A DNA stretch of 63,978 nt, the filler included, from Asterionella formosa (taxonomy: Eukaryota): assembly GCA_002256025.1 (NCBI GenBank). It is 21 parts of 21 records of this genome, joined end to end, with 100 filler letters (N's around TTAATTAATTAA, not from the genome) between each part and the next. Parts side by side here need not be neighbours in the genome. Positions count along the whole stretch, not along the records: positions 9,068 to 36,813 come from NKIB01001412.1; positions 36,914 to 38,626 come from NKIB01001413.1; 19 more parts are not named here. The stretch is one strand, 5' to 3'. Within the stretch, counting starts at the first letter, position 1. Each line of letters opens with the position of its first letter. The translations under genes were made by a program, and so were the position numbers. This document shows positions 24,125-37,017 of the stretch, piece by piece. The notes under the pieces are model-generated. The model was not told where the DNA came from, searched no databases, and saw nothing but the letters and a program-made list of their open reading frames with translations.

Positions 24125-27100
24125 TCAGGTGCACTGGCTTTCAAAAAATTAATTGACTTTATTAGGCAATCTAGATTATATTAAATGTCATTTTTGAAGC
24201 GCCTTATTGCTACTCTATACAAGTTTTTAATGAGACTTAACTGTGGACCATTAGGAAAAGGTGTTTGGATGGAACTTCCTTACTGTTGTTTGAAGGGGGT
24301 TTGATCCCTATTGAAAAATAAGGACCCAAACGAAGAGAACACTGGCTTCAAACCTGTTTCCAAACATTCTAAATCTAGTAGTGATTAGTTTATTTTACTA
24401 TTTTCATTTTTTTCAAAAGAATATTTTACTTAGATGCACCTAGTAGTACGTATGTTGTTTCAAACTCATCATCTAGAAGTGAGGTGGCCTGTATTCTTCT
24501 TGATTTCTATACTATTTTGTTAACGTTGTGCTATAAACTTTAATATATCAGTAATAACAACAGAAACAAGCCGCACTCCACCCGTGGGGCCGTCTTTTAG
24601 CAGAAATAAGAGGTGGTGGTCAGGGATGTCGGAATATAGTCAATGAAGAAAATCAGAATTGGTGGAGTCCTACAATCAGCCAAGCAACCGCCTTCTGTAA
24701 CAATCACATCTACCCTTCAACCACCTTTTCAAAAGAGCAGCAATCAAGTCATCAATTATTCTTCATTGTCGACATTGCTGCAGGAAAATGTGTTTTGCAA
24801 AACATGCGTTATTTCATTTGTTGACGAACATAGTAAACCAACTGTTCGAAACTTGTAAATTATCTATGAAGCAATAGTGCCTACCACATTACAATGGAAG
24901 AGAAAAGTGAATCCTTCTTGGAACAGGCCTTGTTAGAAACCTCAGCAAAGCAACCATTGATTGTCGTGTCATCGGAGACCTACAGACTGGCAAGAAGTGA
25001 ATTCAAAATAACATGTTGGACCTGCCAGAAACAGGTTGCTAAACTTGAATCTGCAAGAATGAACAACGATGAAGATGGTGAGATAAAGAAATAGAAGCGA
25101 GACACTTTGCAAGAATCAACCAGCAGTTTGCTTATTCTTGGTTCTCACACATGCGGAATGGGACCTGGTGATGCAGACATTGTTTGTTGCTTTCTCTCAA
25201 TGAACTTACCTCTTGAAGTTAGATTTTGGTCCACCCAAGGAAATTTCACTGCCACCGAGGATGTGGTTGGTGCGGCGGAAGTGGCAACTGCGGCTCTTGC
25301 TATGGAAGAGACTTGTTGGGAAGTGATATATCAAACATTCAATGTGCATGAACGAGGCGATTGGGCTGACAAAGGACAAGATTTCGATTGGTGGAACACT
25401 CTATCTGCTGGTACAGAACGCTTGTCAGTACTCAATAACCGTGACTCACCATCAGCTAGTTACAATATGGGCTGGCAGCAGCAATCCAGTGGGAATAAGT
25501 ACAGCTCCATGTGGAAATGCATTCTGTGTTGGTGGCTACACAAGAAAAATACTAGACTATTGAGTAAAATCAAGGGTCTGTAGTGTGTGCAACAGGGCTT
25601 TTATACAGTACAAGAAGCCTATCAAGCATCATGTTTTCTCCAAGAATCATGTCACTGGAAGTTCGAAGGCAGTGGAACCAGATGCCCGTGTGGAGGTTGA
25701 TGCCATTAAAAAATACAATATTATCTACTCTACAATCATCTGTGATGATGATTCTACATCAATTTGAGCTGTCTCCAAGAAATGGTCCTATGAGGAATTA
25801 TTATCTCTACAACCTGCATTTGAATGGCCAAGAACAATAAAACGAAAAAAGCCAACAAAAGATGCCTTCCACTAAATGTTCCAGAACCGCGGTTCTTTCC
25901 AAACCATCACACCGAGTCAGTATCCTTCTCCGCCCTGCCTTACTGAAATCCAATGGCCCAGTCTCTTAAGTGGGACCGTTAAAAGCAGATTGTTTCCGAC
26001 TCAAGATTAAATATGGAGCCAGGTATTTAAAAATCGCAATCTCTCTCTCAGCGAATTCACCGAATCCTCGAAGGAAGGCACCAATCAACCGCTTGTTTGG
26101 CTGCCATGACTATCGTTCTGAGACATTATGTCGTCCTGAAAAAGCAGGAAGAATGTGAGCAACAATGGAAAGTATCACGAAAGTGCATCATTGTATGATT
26201 GGTTAATGTTAAATGTTGCAACAAAAGTCGAAGGCGAAAAGCTACTATCATTGAATCATCACTTCGATACACAGATCACAGATACACAAAGCAATGAAAA
26301 ATGCAGTTTCAAGACGATGTCCAAAAACAAAGTGCTTGCAGGATCTGTTGGCCTACCATATAGAGTTTTTTCCTTTGGTTCTTGGACAACGAATACAAGG
26401 AGTGGCAATGTAAATGAAAGATGTCTACAAATGATGTGGAATAGAAATGTCACAACTCCAAGAATCCTTCTGGAGATCAAAGGAAAAGCGACAGAAAGAC
26501 AAGAATGCAGTCCACAAAGCGCAATTCAAACGGAAAAGACAACGAAACGAAAAAAGACATGCAGCACGATTTGAAACTGTGTGGCAAGAAAGGCAAGATT
26601 TACGAAGCTGGTGTGGCGTTAACAGAAGATCCGGAAGCCACAACTACAATCTGCCCAAAGGAAAATCTGCAGCAATGCAAACATTGTGGCCGGAATGATC
26701 ACCAGCAAAAAAGCAACGCCCTCTGTCCATTCTTTCAAAGCAAAGTGCATTATACTAGCACTGGCTGGTACGCATATGGAAGCAGATACATTACTGGCAA
26801 ACACCCCCCAAAAAGATACATTTGCATCAAGTGTGGCCAGCATAGGTTTGCAATGATGCCCTGCAGATCATGCCAATCAAATGGAGGTAAGTAATTCACA
26901 TTGAACAATCATATTATATACCTGGAAGCGGGCAGTTACAATTGAATTTGTTGAACAGGATATTTTAGGACTAAAGATTCCGGCACACGACTACTATTCT
27001 GATGATGACATTTTGGCTCATAGTAATTCTGATCCCAATATTTTGGCAACTGTAGAAAAGGCCAATTTTGTTGAATTTTTGGACAATGATAGCTAGATGC

Positions 27101-27416
27101 ATAGGTAAATTTCAAATAGCATCAGTATATATCTTCCGGAGAGAAACTGCAGAAAGGAACTTTGGTCATTATACTTAATCAACCAAATGAACAGATTTCC
27201 CTTGAGTTTCTCACCAGATCCTATATCCTGACAATATAAAGAGTGGACCTTCACCCCTACAATGTCCGAAGACTGTATGTTAGCATATGGAAAGTTTATA
27301 TCTAATGGTGAAAGCTCTGTTCAGCATTGTACATATTTATTTCAGACGTGAAAAGTTTAATTGACTAGTCTGACTCAATAATTTTTTTAAACCCCGAGCA
27401 AGGAGTACAACATGAA
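24125..27416 (+). mobile_element. Degenerate Kolobok/Mutator-like (DGDS-type DDE) DNA transposon; transposase pseudogene ~24643-26894
   Basis: Fragments across frames: CKTC...CWTC, SYNMGWQQQSSGNKYSS, VGGYTRKILDY, KNHVTGSSKAVE, IICDDDST, HHFDTQ, CKHCGRNDHQQKSNALCPF. Many stops and frameshifts; boundaries approximate. Confidence 0.72.
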
Positions 27417-27458
27417 GCCATAGACGATATTTTATACCAGAATGATAGTTGAACACAG

Positions 27459-27562
27459 GGGTACCAGGTACTCACCAGGGTACCTGGTACCAGGTACATA
27501 AGTATACCGGGTATATATATATTACTACGTACTGGCCGGTACCTGGTACCTGGTACCTGGTA
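27459..27562. repeat. GGTACC/CCAGGTA low-complexity palindromic cluster
   Basis: e.g. ggtacctggtacctggtacctgg. Similar clusters at ~5566, 8371, 16353, 20295 and 50715. Confidence 0.85.
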
Positions 27563-27713
27563 GTCATTCTCGTCGTCATCCCAAATCATTTGTAATCGTC
27601 CGGTTTATCATGTCATTGTCAAGAAAATCAACAACCTCTGTCTCAATTGTCTCGATTGACGTCGTCAAGGAAATTCTCGTTGTGTTCCGAGAAGATCAAG
27701 TGCCCGAGAGAGT

Positions 27714-28859
27714 ATGGTAAAACAAGTGACAACGGTCATACTTTTCTTCTTCGTCCTGATACTACTGCAAGGGAAATCAATCACTATTGTGCTTCGGGAT
27801 TTTTCAACAGCACACCTCACCGAAGATGCTAACTTGGACCATCGTTCCTTCTGGCACTCTGCAAAGAATCAACCGAAACTTCGATTAAAATGGACCAGCT
27901 TGGGGTTGCATTCGAATTTGGCGAAGTCCATACATGATCATCAACATAATTGTTCTATACCAGTTGCAGCTCATACATTTCGATCAGCCTATGGACCACA
28001 AGGACCAGGACAATCACGGAATTACGGACTGGGGAGCGAATTGCATGTTTGGGGACATCATTTGCTGAAAGCAAGGAATATCGGTGTCCGTATGAGAACG
28101 ACTCCCAGGCTGGATTGGTCATGGTGGGATCAAGAAGCTTGTAATGGAACAGCATCGTCGTCGCTCTTGGCATGTTACTTTCCTAATGCAGAAACATCGA
28201 ACTGTCATGGTGAAAGTTTCAATACTAGTGTACAGATTTTTTCTCCTTCCTTGTGTGGTGCCCAAGTAAGCGAGTCAGTGTCGGAAGAGCGTATAGCATT
28301 GACTGAATACCTTTTCAGTAGCGTGTCATCATTGCTGGTGGAAGAAGCTACACGCCAACTAAGTGCTGTATTTCCAAACGGGGTCGTTCCGGTCAATCTA
28401 ATTACCATCCATGTAAGATGGGGAGACAAGAAAGATGAGATGGAGCTGAAATCCATTGAAACTTACATTGATGCCACAAAGAAGATTGTCGAAGAAAAGA
28501 AGTTCGATACTGTCAACATTTTCCTTTGTACGGAAGATCCGAAAGCAGTCAATGCTTTCAAGGCTAAGATGCCAAAGGAATGGAGCGTTTATTTGGATCA
28601 GTTCTACATGCATATGCTACCCTATCGATCTGAAAACTCCACCTACAATGAACTAGGCGACACATCCATGGGGTTGTTGAAAGGAAAAGCAGGACTTTGG
28701 GCTCTTGGATCCCTGTTGGTGGCCATGGAAGCCAATGTTTTTATCCTTACAACCAAGAGCAATTGGAGTCGTCTTATGAACGAGCTGCGTCAGGGAATTT
28801 TAGATCCAAGATGCAACAACTGTACAACCATGGTTGATTTGGGTTATGGTGAATGCTAG
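27714..28859 (+). CDS. Putative fucosyltransferase (GT23/FUT8/NodZ-like), type II membrane protein
   Basis: 381-aa ORF with an N-terminal TM anchor and motifs YGLGSELH, IHVRWGDK (GDP-fucose-binding motif I), FLCTED, TTKSNWSRL. Confidence 0.82.
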   Translation: MVKQVTTVILFFFVLILLQGKSITIVLRDFSTAHLTEDANLDHRSFWHSAKNQPKLRLKWTSLGLHSNLAKSIHDHQHNCSIPVAAHTFRSAYGPQGPGQSRNYGLGSELHVWGHHLLKARNIGVRMRTTPRLDWSWWDQEACNGTASSSLLACYFPNAETSNCHGESFNTSVQIFSPSLCGAQVSESVSEERIALTEYLFSSVSSLLVEEATRQLSAVFPNGVVPVNLITIHVRWGDKKDEMELKSIETYIDATKKIVEEKKFDTVNIFLCTEDPKAVNAFKAKMPKEWSVYLDQFYMHMLPYRSENSTYNELGDTSMGLLKGKAGLWALGSLLVAMEANVFILTTKSNWSRLMNELRQGILDPRCNNCTTMVDLGYGEC

Positions 28860-29306
28860 AGCATGCACAATATGATTCCTCATGAGTCCCCTTGATTGAT
28901 GCCTACAGATGTTGAAACGATTGAGTCAGGTGGGTGTTAAGGAGAAGGCCCTTCATTTCTATGAAACTTGGAAGGTACATCCATCATTTTCAGTGTTTCT
29001 GTGAAGGAAAACTGAGTACTCTGGCATGCTAACATGTATGCGTGACAACTGTATTGTATGTATGCACCTTTGGGGAATGAAAGGTCTTAATGTCCTGTGA
29101 CTGCATTCGTTTCCAGGCAACATTTTTATTTTTATCACAGATATTTTAATTTATCTAGTTGCTCATGACGATCAGTACAACTGCAAGTACGCCTACATAA
29201 ATTGAAACATGGTTGCAAACTGGTTCAAGGTAGATCATTGGATCTTATTTCCATTCAGACAAAATATGGGGCATCCAGGTACCTTCATCACCCTCAGGAC
29301 CAAGGA

Positions 29307-32300
29307 TTACTTGGGGGACCACATCCCCAATCGGGTTTCGAATTGAAGACGTCGCAACATGTAGGCACGCTTGATGTGATGGCGATCGTTGCGTTTTACA
29401 GCTTCATTTGCTGCCAAGCATATGAAGGGCATAACGACCATCAAGACGAAGAAATACCAAGGAAGGGCTGAGAAGGTACCACGGTGCAGGGTCACAAGCA
29501 GATAAATGGCCACAAATACTAGACAAAAGCAAACAGACAACAACCATGGTTGATTTCTGTTCCATGGTGGTTCCTCCACCAGGGATCTCGTTGGGTGGAC
29601 AAACGACGCGGATGAGATTATCATGCAGGTCATCATCACGGCAATAACAAGAGTGCCAGCATCAGTTAGTGCAGGACCGGAGTAATATCTGAGACCTTTG
29701 CACCTAACCAAAGCAACCCAATCGCCTTGTTTGATTCCATTTCCACAAGCTGCGGCAACAAATTCTGATTCAAAGTAAAGCATGAGCTCGCCAAATGCTA
29801 TTAAGTGCAAGACTTGAGGAAGGACGGCAGGTAATATTGCTTGGAGCGTGGCGTTTACGTACAAGCGAAAGCCCTCCTTCTTTGCAAATGTCAAAGACAA
29901 ATCATTCTTGGGTGGAACTCTTTTCATTGATTCATTATCAGCTGCACCCGTCGCCATCGCCATACCGATCCATGGCAAGGCGATCTGAAGATACAGAACA
30001 GATCCAACCATTGGGATGAATGGAACAGTTGTCGATGTACTGCACAGTGAAAACAAGACGAACAATGAAAAAGTTACCGAGCCTGTGATGACAAAGAGGA
30101 CAGAGGATGTACCTGCTTCAAGGGCGGCACGCCCACTCGCAATAATACCAGGCAACGCCTTCGTCGAATTTGGACCCTTCAACCGGAAGACACATGAAGT
30201 AGCTGACATTGAGGTAACAAAAGCAATCTCATGGGGAAGTACAAGATCAAGTTCTTTTGTAGGCCGTGGTTTCGAACCACTCTGTTCAATAATTAATACG
30301 TCTACGCCCACAGAAAGATCGGAAGCCGAAAATATTTTAGCATTTCGGTATAGATGTGAAAGTCCCACGGCCATAACAGTATCACAGTATTCCTGAAAAG
30401 TTTGGATCTGGAACAATATTGTGAGACATGTTGTGGCAGTAATAATGCAAGAAATGAGCAACGATTCGAACCGACCATTTCTTTCGTATTTATCTTCGTT
30501 ACGTCCGTGAAAAGGCTAACCAACAATGGGACATTATCAACTTCCTTCAAATGTCTCCGCACCGCATCAATGCCATGAGGTAATTTTGCGTTGATATCCC
30601 AATCTGCGTAATTGGAAACCATACGATGGGGGTCATCTTCACCGGCATGCAGTGGTCGTAGAGAAATCGCGCAGTTCCAGGCCACATCAATACCCATCTG
30701 CCTTGCAATCTCTTTGGTGCGCCGCATATTTCTGGGAGAAAAATATACAAATCGAACTCCTGCATCACTAAACGTTGCTAATAACTTTTCTATCTCTTTC
30801 CGTGGGGTAACCGTCGAGCCAAGAACTCCAAGAAAAATTTGGCTATTGATTAGTGACCATTCCTGCGATGAAAGTTCTTTATTTCCTGCGTCCTTCTTGG
30901 TATGTTCTACCAGATATTTCTTAAAAAAAATGAGCCGGTTAGTGCTGCAAAATGGATACGCAAGAGGCAATCGAAAAAAGTGAAAACTCACAATCATCTG
31001 TTTTCCAGTTCCCTTTCCAGACTCCCTTTGAAGCAGCTGTTCAAACGTCTGAGGAAGTGGTGTGTAACTGAAAGCATAGACGTCAAGATCACCGAGTTTC
31101 CAGTCATTACAAGTCTCCAATATCCGTTTGCGATCAGCCGAACTTAAAGGAAGAATTGTCGAGTTCTCGCCCTGCCATGCTTCATGACATAAAGAGACTA
31201 CAACCTTTGGGTCTCCAACTGTCAGAAGCTGATACGCTTTTGATCGTTGGTCTTGAACAATGACTGCTGTCGCATCAGGTGCCAGAAGTCCCCAGCGTCT
31301 TGAAGCTTCCAAACCAACCGCATGCGAGTCGAGTCGTAAGCGCTCTCGAACAAGTCGGGACGAAATCACTTTTAATCGCTGCATCACAGTGAATGGGGTA
31401 ATGTCACCCCGTTCTCCATTCGAATTGCCATTGCTGCAAAAGCCGATGCAATGCGCTAATGATTTCAGTTGACGACGGCTCACTTGAATTGAAATAATAT
31501 GACGAACCAAGTCTTCTTCAATACGGCTGACTCCTACATTTGTATTATTCCTCAGTAATCTCCGCCTGTTTTCAGTCTGTTGCGAGGATAAGTGGTCATC
31601 ATCATCCACCAAGAGACAAGCAAGGCCGATGCATTTGAGTGACGGCAAGTGCTGCCACCACGTAGGATCTTCGAACTGTACCTCATCACTTCCAAGCGGC
31701 TCAGTAATGGATGAAACATCAGCAGAGGATGAGTCAATCTCGACTTTGGCTCCTCGGATTTTTCGCTGTCCCCTTGGCCTCCGTCGAAGAGCCCCAAACT
31801 GTAATGCAGTTGGAGGTGGATGCCCTCGCACACCTTCAGTTTCAGAGTCTGAATCCGACTCGTGTGATGATCCTTGTTTCCAGTTTCCGTCCCGTTCACT
31901 GTCATCGTCCCTACTTTCGCTTTCATACTTTGGAGAAATATCCAAAAGCTTCAATCCTTCCCCAGAAGGTATGAGCAGTTGCTGGGGTGTACTGTGAGGT
32001 TCACACGCTAGTTCATCATCAATCAAGGCAAATGCCGTCACCACTCCCAGCTTTTCGAACATGCAAAGTGATGCCGGCGGTACTGGAACAAGATTCGCTT
32101 GAACAGCTTCAGAAATATCTTCATTCCTTCTTCGTACCATTCCATGGAAACATCGAGCAAGCTTGTCGCCAGGATCCTGCAAGGATAACCGTGATGATGC
32201 TGTCGCCATAGCATATCGTATCATCAGTTCTGCTTGTCCCATTCCTAATTGTCCCCTATTTGCTGCATGAGGATGAACACTAACAAGTATTCTTGATGTT

Positions 32301-33412
32301 CCGAGGACTTCGAGAAAGAACAAAAAGCAAGGCCCAACGAAAGGTAATGCGGCCAGTGAAGCCAAGAAGGGCGCATGAAGGATGATGGATAGATCTGAGT
32401 TTTTCACGTCAGGTCGGATGAATAGCACGCCCAACGAGACCACAAATACCACAGTGGCAAATACAAACAGCACTCGTCGAATATCTTGTAGTTGTCGATG
32501 AATTTGAGGCAATCGACCAGGCTCATCCGGACGATTCAAGAAGGCCATCAATGGACTTTCTTCGACAGTACAAACAAACATAGCGTTGCACAAGGTCAAC
32601 AAGTGCAGTGACTCTGGTCCAAGAGTTGTTTTCCCTAGTGGCAATGAAGCTGTTGCCGAAATTGGCGTGCGACCAAGCGTTGCCGATGTTATCCGCTCTA
32701 AAGCGGCAATTTTCTGTCCATTTTGGAGCTTGCACGGTGCTGGACAAATATCTCCAATTTGCAGGGCAATCACGTCTCCTTGTACGAGGAGTAGGGCTGG
32801 AAGTTTATGCCAATCTTCTGATTCTCGTTGGCGACGATACACTGGAAACACATCCGTCAAGGATGTCCCTAACAACTCTAGACCATTTCCCACCCCAGAG
32901 GTATTTTTCGTTTGCGCGTTCGTTGTATGCTGACTATTATCGACATTTTCCTCGGAATGTTTATCTAGCACTGCCAGAAACTTGGAAATAGCTCGTTTCT
33001 TGGCCACATAGCGATCGTTCTTACACGTCTTGCGCCTTCTCGTTGTCAAAACAATGCTTAACAACGTTCCTATCAAGATCAAACATGATGCTACCAGTTG
33101 ACCTATATAAACTTGAACAGTTGCTGCCGCATTTAATCGTCCCCCACCATGAATTTTCGACTTCAAGGAGGTTGCTGCCAAAATGAAAAGGGCAAGAGAT
33201 ACTGGAAGGGCTGCAGCATATAGGTCCAAGTCCCAATCAACCCATGAGGTAACGGTACTTGCAGTCTCGAAAGGCTGTTTCAAATATTGCTCCAACACAA
33301 ATCGAAGTCTCGATCTGGCTTCCTCCCACGAAAGGGGCTCGATTATAGGGGATAGTTCCTCTTTGTCTTTTGGCAAATCATTACTGTTCTTGTCATGACC
33401 TTGATTTTGCAT
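29307..33412 (-). CDS. TMEM94: TMEM94-like P-type-ATPase-related multi-pass membrane protein
   Basis: Exons 33412-30992, 30919-30476, 30407-29307; introns of 72 nt (in frame) and 68 nt. Motifs LLVQGDVIAL, FED..WWQHLPSLK.IG, QIFLG, AGVRFVYFS, WNCAISL, AKLPHGI..VRRHLKEVDNVPLLVSLFTD, C-terminal RLQFETRLGMWSP. Confidence 0.88.
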
Positions 33413-35728
33413 TTTTTTCGGACAAAATTTCGCTGAATTTTCTTTTTTGGTCGGGTCTAGTGTACTTTTGAAGGAACGCCGATATCCATGAATATCTTCG
33501 ACAATCTATCGTCTAATACGTTAGATGCCTTGAAGGTGGGCTGGGCTTTCCTGACAATACAGAAAACGAAACAGGATAGTCTCGGCTAGCATAGAAATGT
33601 CTGATTTTGTGACAATCCTGATGCAAGCTCTAGTTCAGCTATTTCGATTGGGTCAGCAATTCTTTGGAATTGAAGAGAGAGTGACCTGTTCAGGGGTTGA
33701 AGGGGCTATTATTGTGATGATGGTTACTTCCTTTTGGTGGGACGACCTGGTACCTTGTATATGACTGATCCCACATAAATGTACCGGTGCGTGATCATGT
33801 GGCGTAGCGGCAATTTCAACCCCTAGCACGAGATAGGGTTTAGATAAATTTAAATCAGAGTTCAATACTGAAATACAACGCTTCCTCAAGCATAGGATAC
33901 AACTAGCTACTGATAAAATGGAGCTCTCCCCATAGGCGCCCTTTTGCGTATGTCTGGATACACTGCATGGTTGGTCAAAGAAGTCTCAAGACATGTGCCA
34001 ACTATATTCATGCTCAGGAAGAGTTAAGAACAACTTTGGTCCAATGCTGAAGAAGGAGCTTTTTTGGATGCTAAAAACCCCAGAATGACGAGTCGGCTCT
34101 ACATTCTTGTCCATAGCGCACAAACCGAAATTCCTTTCCAAAGGCTAGTAGGACCAAATTTTCACTCTAGTGTTGTTGTTGGTGGTGGTTATATAGGCAT
34201 ATACCGCCAGCAATATTCTTTCTTACTCTGGCTGTTGAATCAAGGGTAGTACTAGTATGCATATACCGGTATATAATTATGCAATATATACTGAATCGAC
34301 ACTGATAATAATTGGGTTATATTGACTAAGTTCAAAGTATTCAATACAGGAATCCTACGTTTATTAGGTAACTTTAGAAAAATGTTACATAAATGTAAGC
34401 AATGAGTTTAGGTAACTTATTGGGATATGGGCATGGAATCATCTAAACATAATGTGTTTGCGTCGGGGTTTTAACTCCCATTATCATTGTTCTTTTTCTT
34501 AGGGTTACTGAAATCAAAACATCTTCTCGTTCCACCATTAGGAATGGCATTACATTTATATAAGTATTTGTGTCGAGTGAATGTTGTATCATAATGATGA
34601 TCCTAAGAAATCACATCTCAACACTGGAGGAAAGGACCAAATACCCAAATAAGGAGTGTCAAACAACCTTTATTAAGGACCTTTTGTACAACATTAAGCA
34701 ATCCAAAACTACCGCCGCGAAGCACAACACACAGGAACAGCCATGTAGTCATGATGATCAGCACATATCTAAACGACATCCTTCTTATTATTTTTACTGT
34801 TGGGCGCACTCTGAAATTGAAAAAATATCATTTCATGTGTATTATAACACAAATGGTTGCGCCCATAACACCAAATTTGTGTGTGTGCGTGTTGATCAAA
34901 TTTGGTTCCTCTGGTAAGCACCCAAAGCAAACACAAATTCTTTTACAGTTATAAATAACAGTGTGATATATAAAAATATATGTATTCATGAATGACTAAA
35001 TAAATTTTCCCAAATTTTTTTCAAGACTTGCTTGGTGCTTGAACCAGAAATGGCTTCCTCTTTCCAAATTATGTATGCATATACATCTACACATCTATCA
35101 TCCTAAAATAATACATTTATATATATCAATCATAATAGTGAGTGACTGTATGTCAGCATATCATAATGTGGAAACTGCAAAAACCATTACTAGATATTGG
35201 TCAAACTCGATTCATTGTCAAAGATTGAGTTGAGTTTGTCAAACAATGTTGCCACCGTTATGGAATGTAGAAACCAGTCCACTTATATAGAAGAATGACA
35301 TGCCACACACCCATGATACAATGAAAAAGCAGTTTTTCATTCTTGTACACTAAGGGTCTGTCTTCAGCTCCAAAACACTTTGTGTGAAAAGAAATCTTCT
35401 CCTTCTTTGAATTGCCTCAAAAATCAGTCAGCAGAATCGACAAGAGTTGCTGAAGCTCTATTCACAGAGTGTCACATCAATGATAAATAAATATATTTAT
35501 ATATAATGAAAAAGAGGAGGCATAACAAATGAGAGGATATATTGCCACATAATTTTAAGTTAAATTTATATTAAAATTAAAATGTCAGATATAAGAACAA
35601 TCTAAAATCATTCGAGTGGTGATATGAGAGTGCAACGACGAAATTTTTTATTAAATGTATAGTAGTATTATAGTGTTCATAGTTAGCAGCTACATCAAAT
35701 GACCCAAAAATATTCTGGCAGAAATTTA

Positions 35729-36813
35729 TGTGGTATTTCAGAGCGCGCCCATGGGGATTATTATCATGTGAGATCATCATGCATGTCAAGAACATAGCAT
35801 CAATGGCTATAATGAGTCACAAGGACTGTGGACTCGACTATAGTCCAATGAGTCAAATGGTGCGTTCCCATGTCAAGAAGCTTGCTAACGAGATTGATGT
35901 CTTAGATCAATCAGAAGAAGGTTTACATCAACGAAAAGGGAACACGAAGAACAGGTTCTCGAAGTGTGATGAATGGGATTGAAACTTAGTTTTAGTTTAA
36001 TCTTATAATTAAGAAACAGTGAGAATTGACAGAGTAAGGTCAATAGCGAAAACTAGCACGAAGGCTAGCAGCAGAAAGAAGATAACAATACTAGTGGTAT
36101 AGCAGGTAAGTTCTACGTAAGAGGAACCCGTCAGACGGGAAGGAGTACGAGACCTTTCAACACGCTTTAAAGCGTTCACTTTAAGGCCACAGGCTACTCA
36201 GGAACGATGGGAAGTGACGAAGACACGTCAGTGAGGTTGCCGACATTCGATGGGCAAGATGCTAAATGGCACATGTGAAAAGCGAAGTTTCTCGCATACG
36301 CGTGCTACAAGAACTTTCAAGGAATACTTAACGGTGACGAACTACCAAGAGGAGAGAAAGACCTAAAGGGCGATACGATCGTGTTGTCGGATGCTGACGA
36401 GAGACGCATCCGAAGGAGCAACACAGTTGCTTACGCAAGTCTGATAATGGCATGCCAGAGTGGGCCATTCGGACACGTAAATAATGCAAGAAGTGCCGAG
36501 TTTCCTAACGGCAATGCTAAAGAAGCATGGGACAAGCTCATTTCTACGTATGAGTCAGGCAACATGGCGAATGTCATTGCCTTGTCCCACCAATGGACGA
36601 AGTGCACTCTAGGGGAAAACGAGAACCCCGACAGCTGGTATGTGGAGTTGGATCGAATCCGGGAACGATTGGGCAATACGAGCTCCGCCGTTTCGGATGG
36701 TGCCTATGTGGCACACATGATCAACAACCTACCTGAAAGCTACAAGAGTTTGGTAGTAGGAAGGTTCGGCCTGGCGCGCAACACGCTAACGGTCGAAGAG
36801 ATTAAGACAGACA
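35729..36813 (+). mobile_element. Ty1/copia retrotransposon 5' end: LTR (35729-36191) and gag pseudogene (36207 to contig end)
   Basis: LTR bounded by TGTGG...CCACA. Gag MGSDEDTSVRLPTFDGQDAKWHM*KAKFLAYA... has a TGA at 36276 where Trp is expected, then AKEAWDKL...NPDSWYVELDRIR...HMINNLPESY. Confidence 0.85.
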
Positions 36814-37017
36814 NNNNNNNNNNNNNNNNNNNNNNNNNNNNNNNNNNNNNNNNNNNNTTAATTAATTAANNNNNNNNNNNNNNNNNNNNNNNNNNNNNNN
36901 NNNNNNNNNNNNNTTTAACTAGAACATCTCTGGCTACACCTCTTGTGTACCAGTTACTTGCTTTGTATAGTATATACATAATATGATAAATATTTATATA
37001 AATATTCACTAGTAATT

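Noticed and set aside
33900..35570. Short ORFs between TMEM94 and the copia LTR
   Set aside because: AT-rich, broken frames and no diagnostic motif; probably old TE debris.
36276..36278. Readthrough or alternative genetic code at the TGA in the second copia gag (and TGA at 37540 in the Crypton)
   Set aside because: These sit at expected Trp positions inside decaying elements (TGG to TGA). Host genes use TGG for Trp and TGA as a stop.
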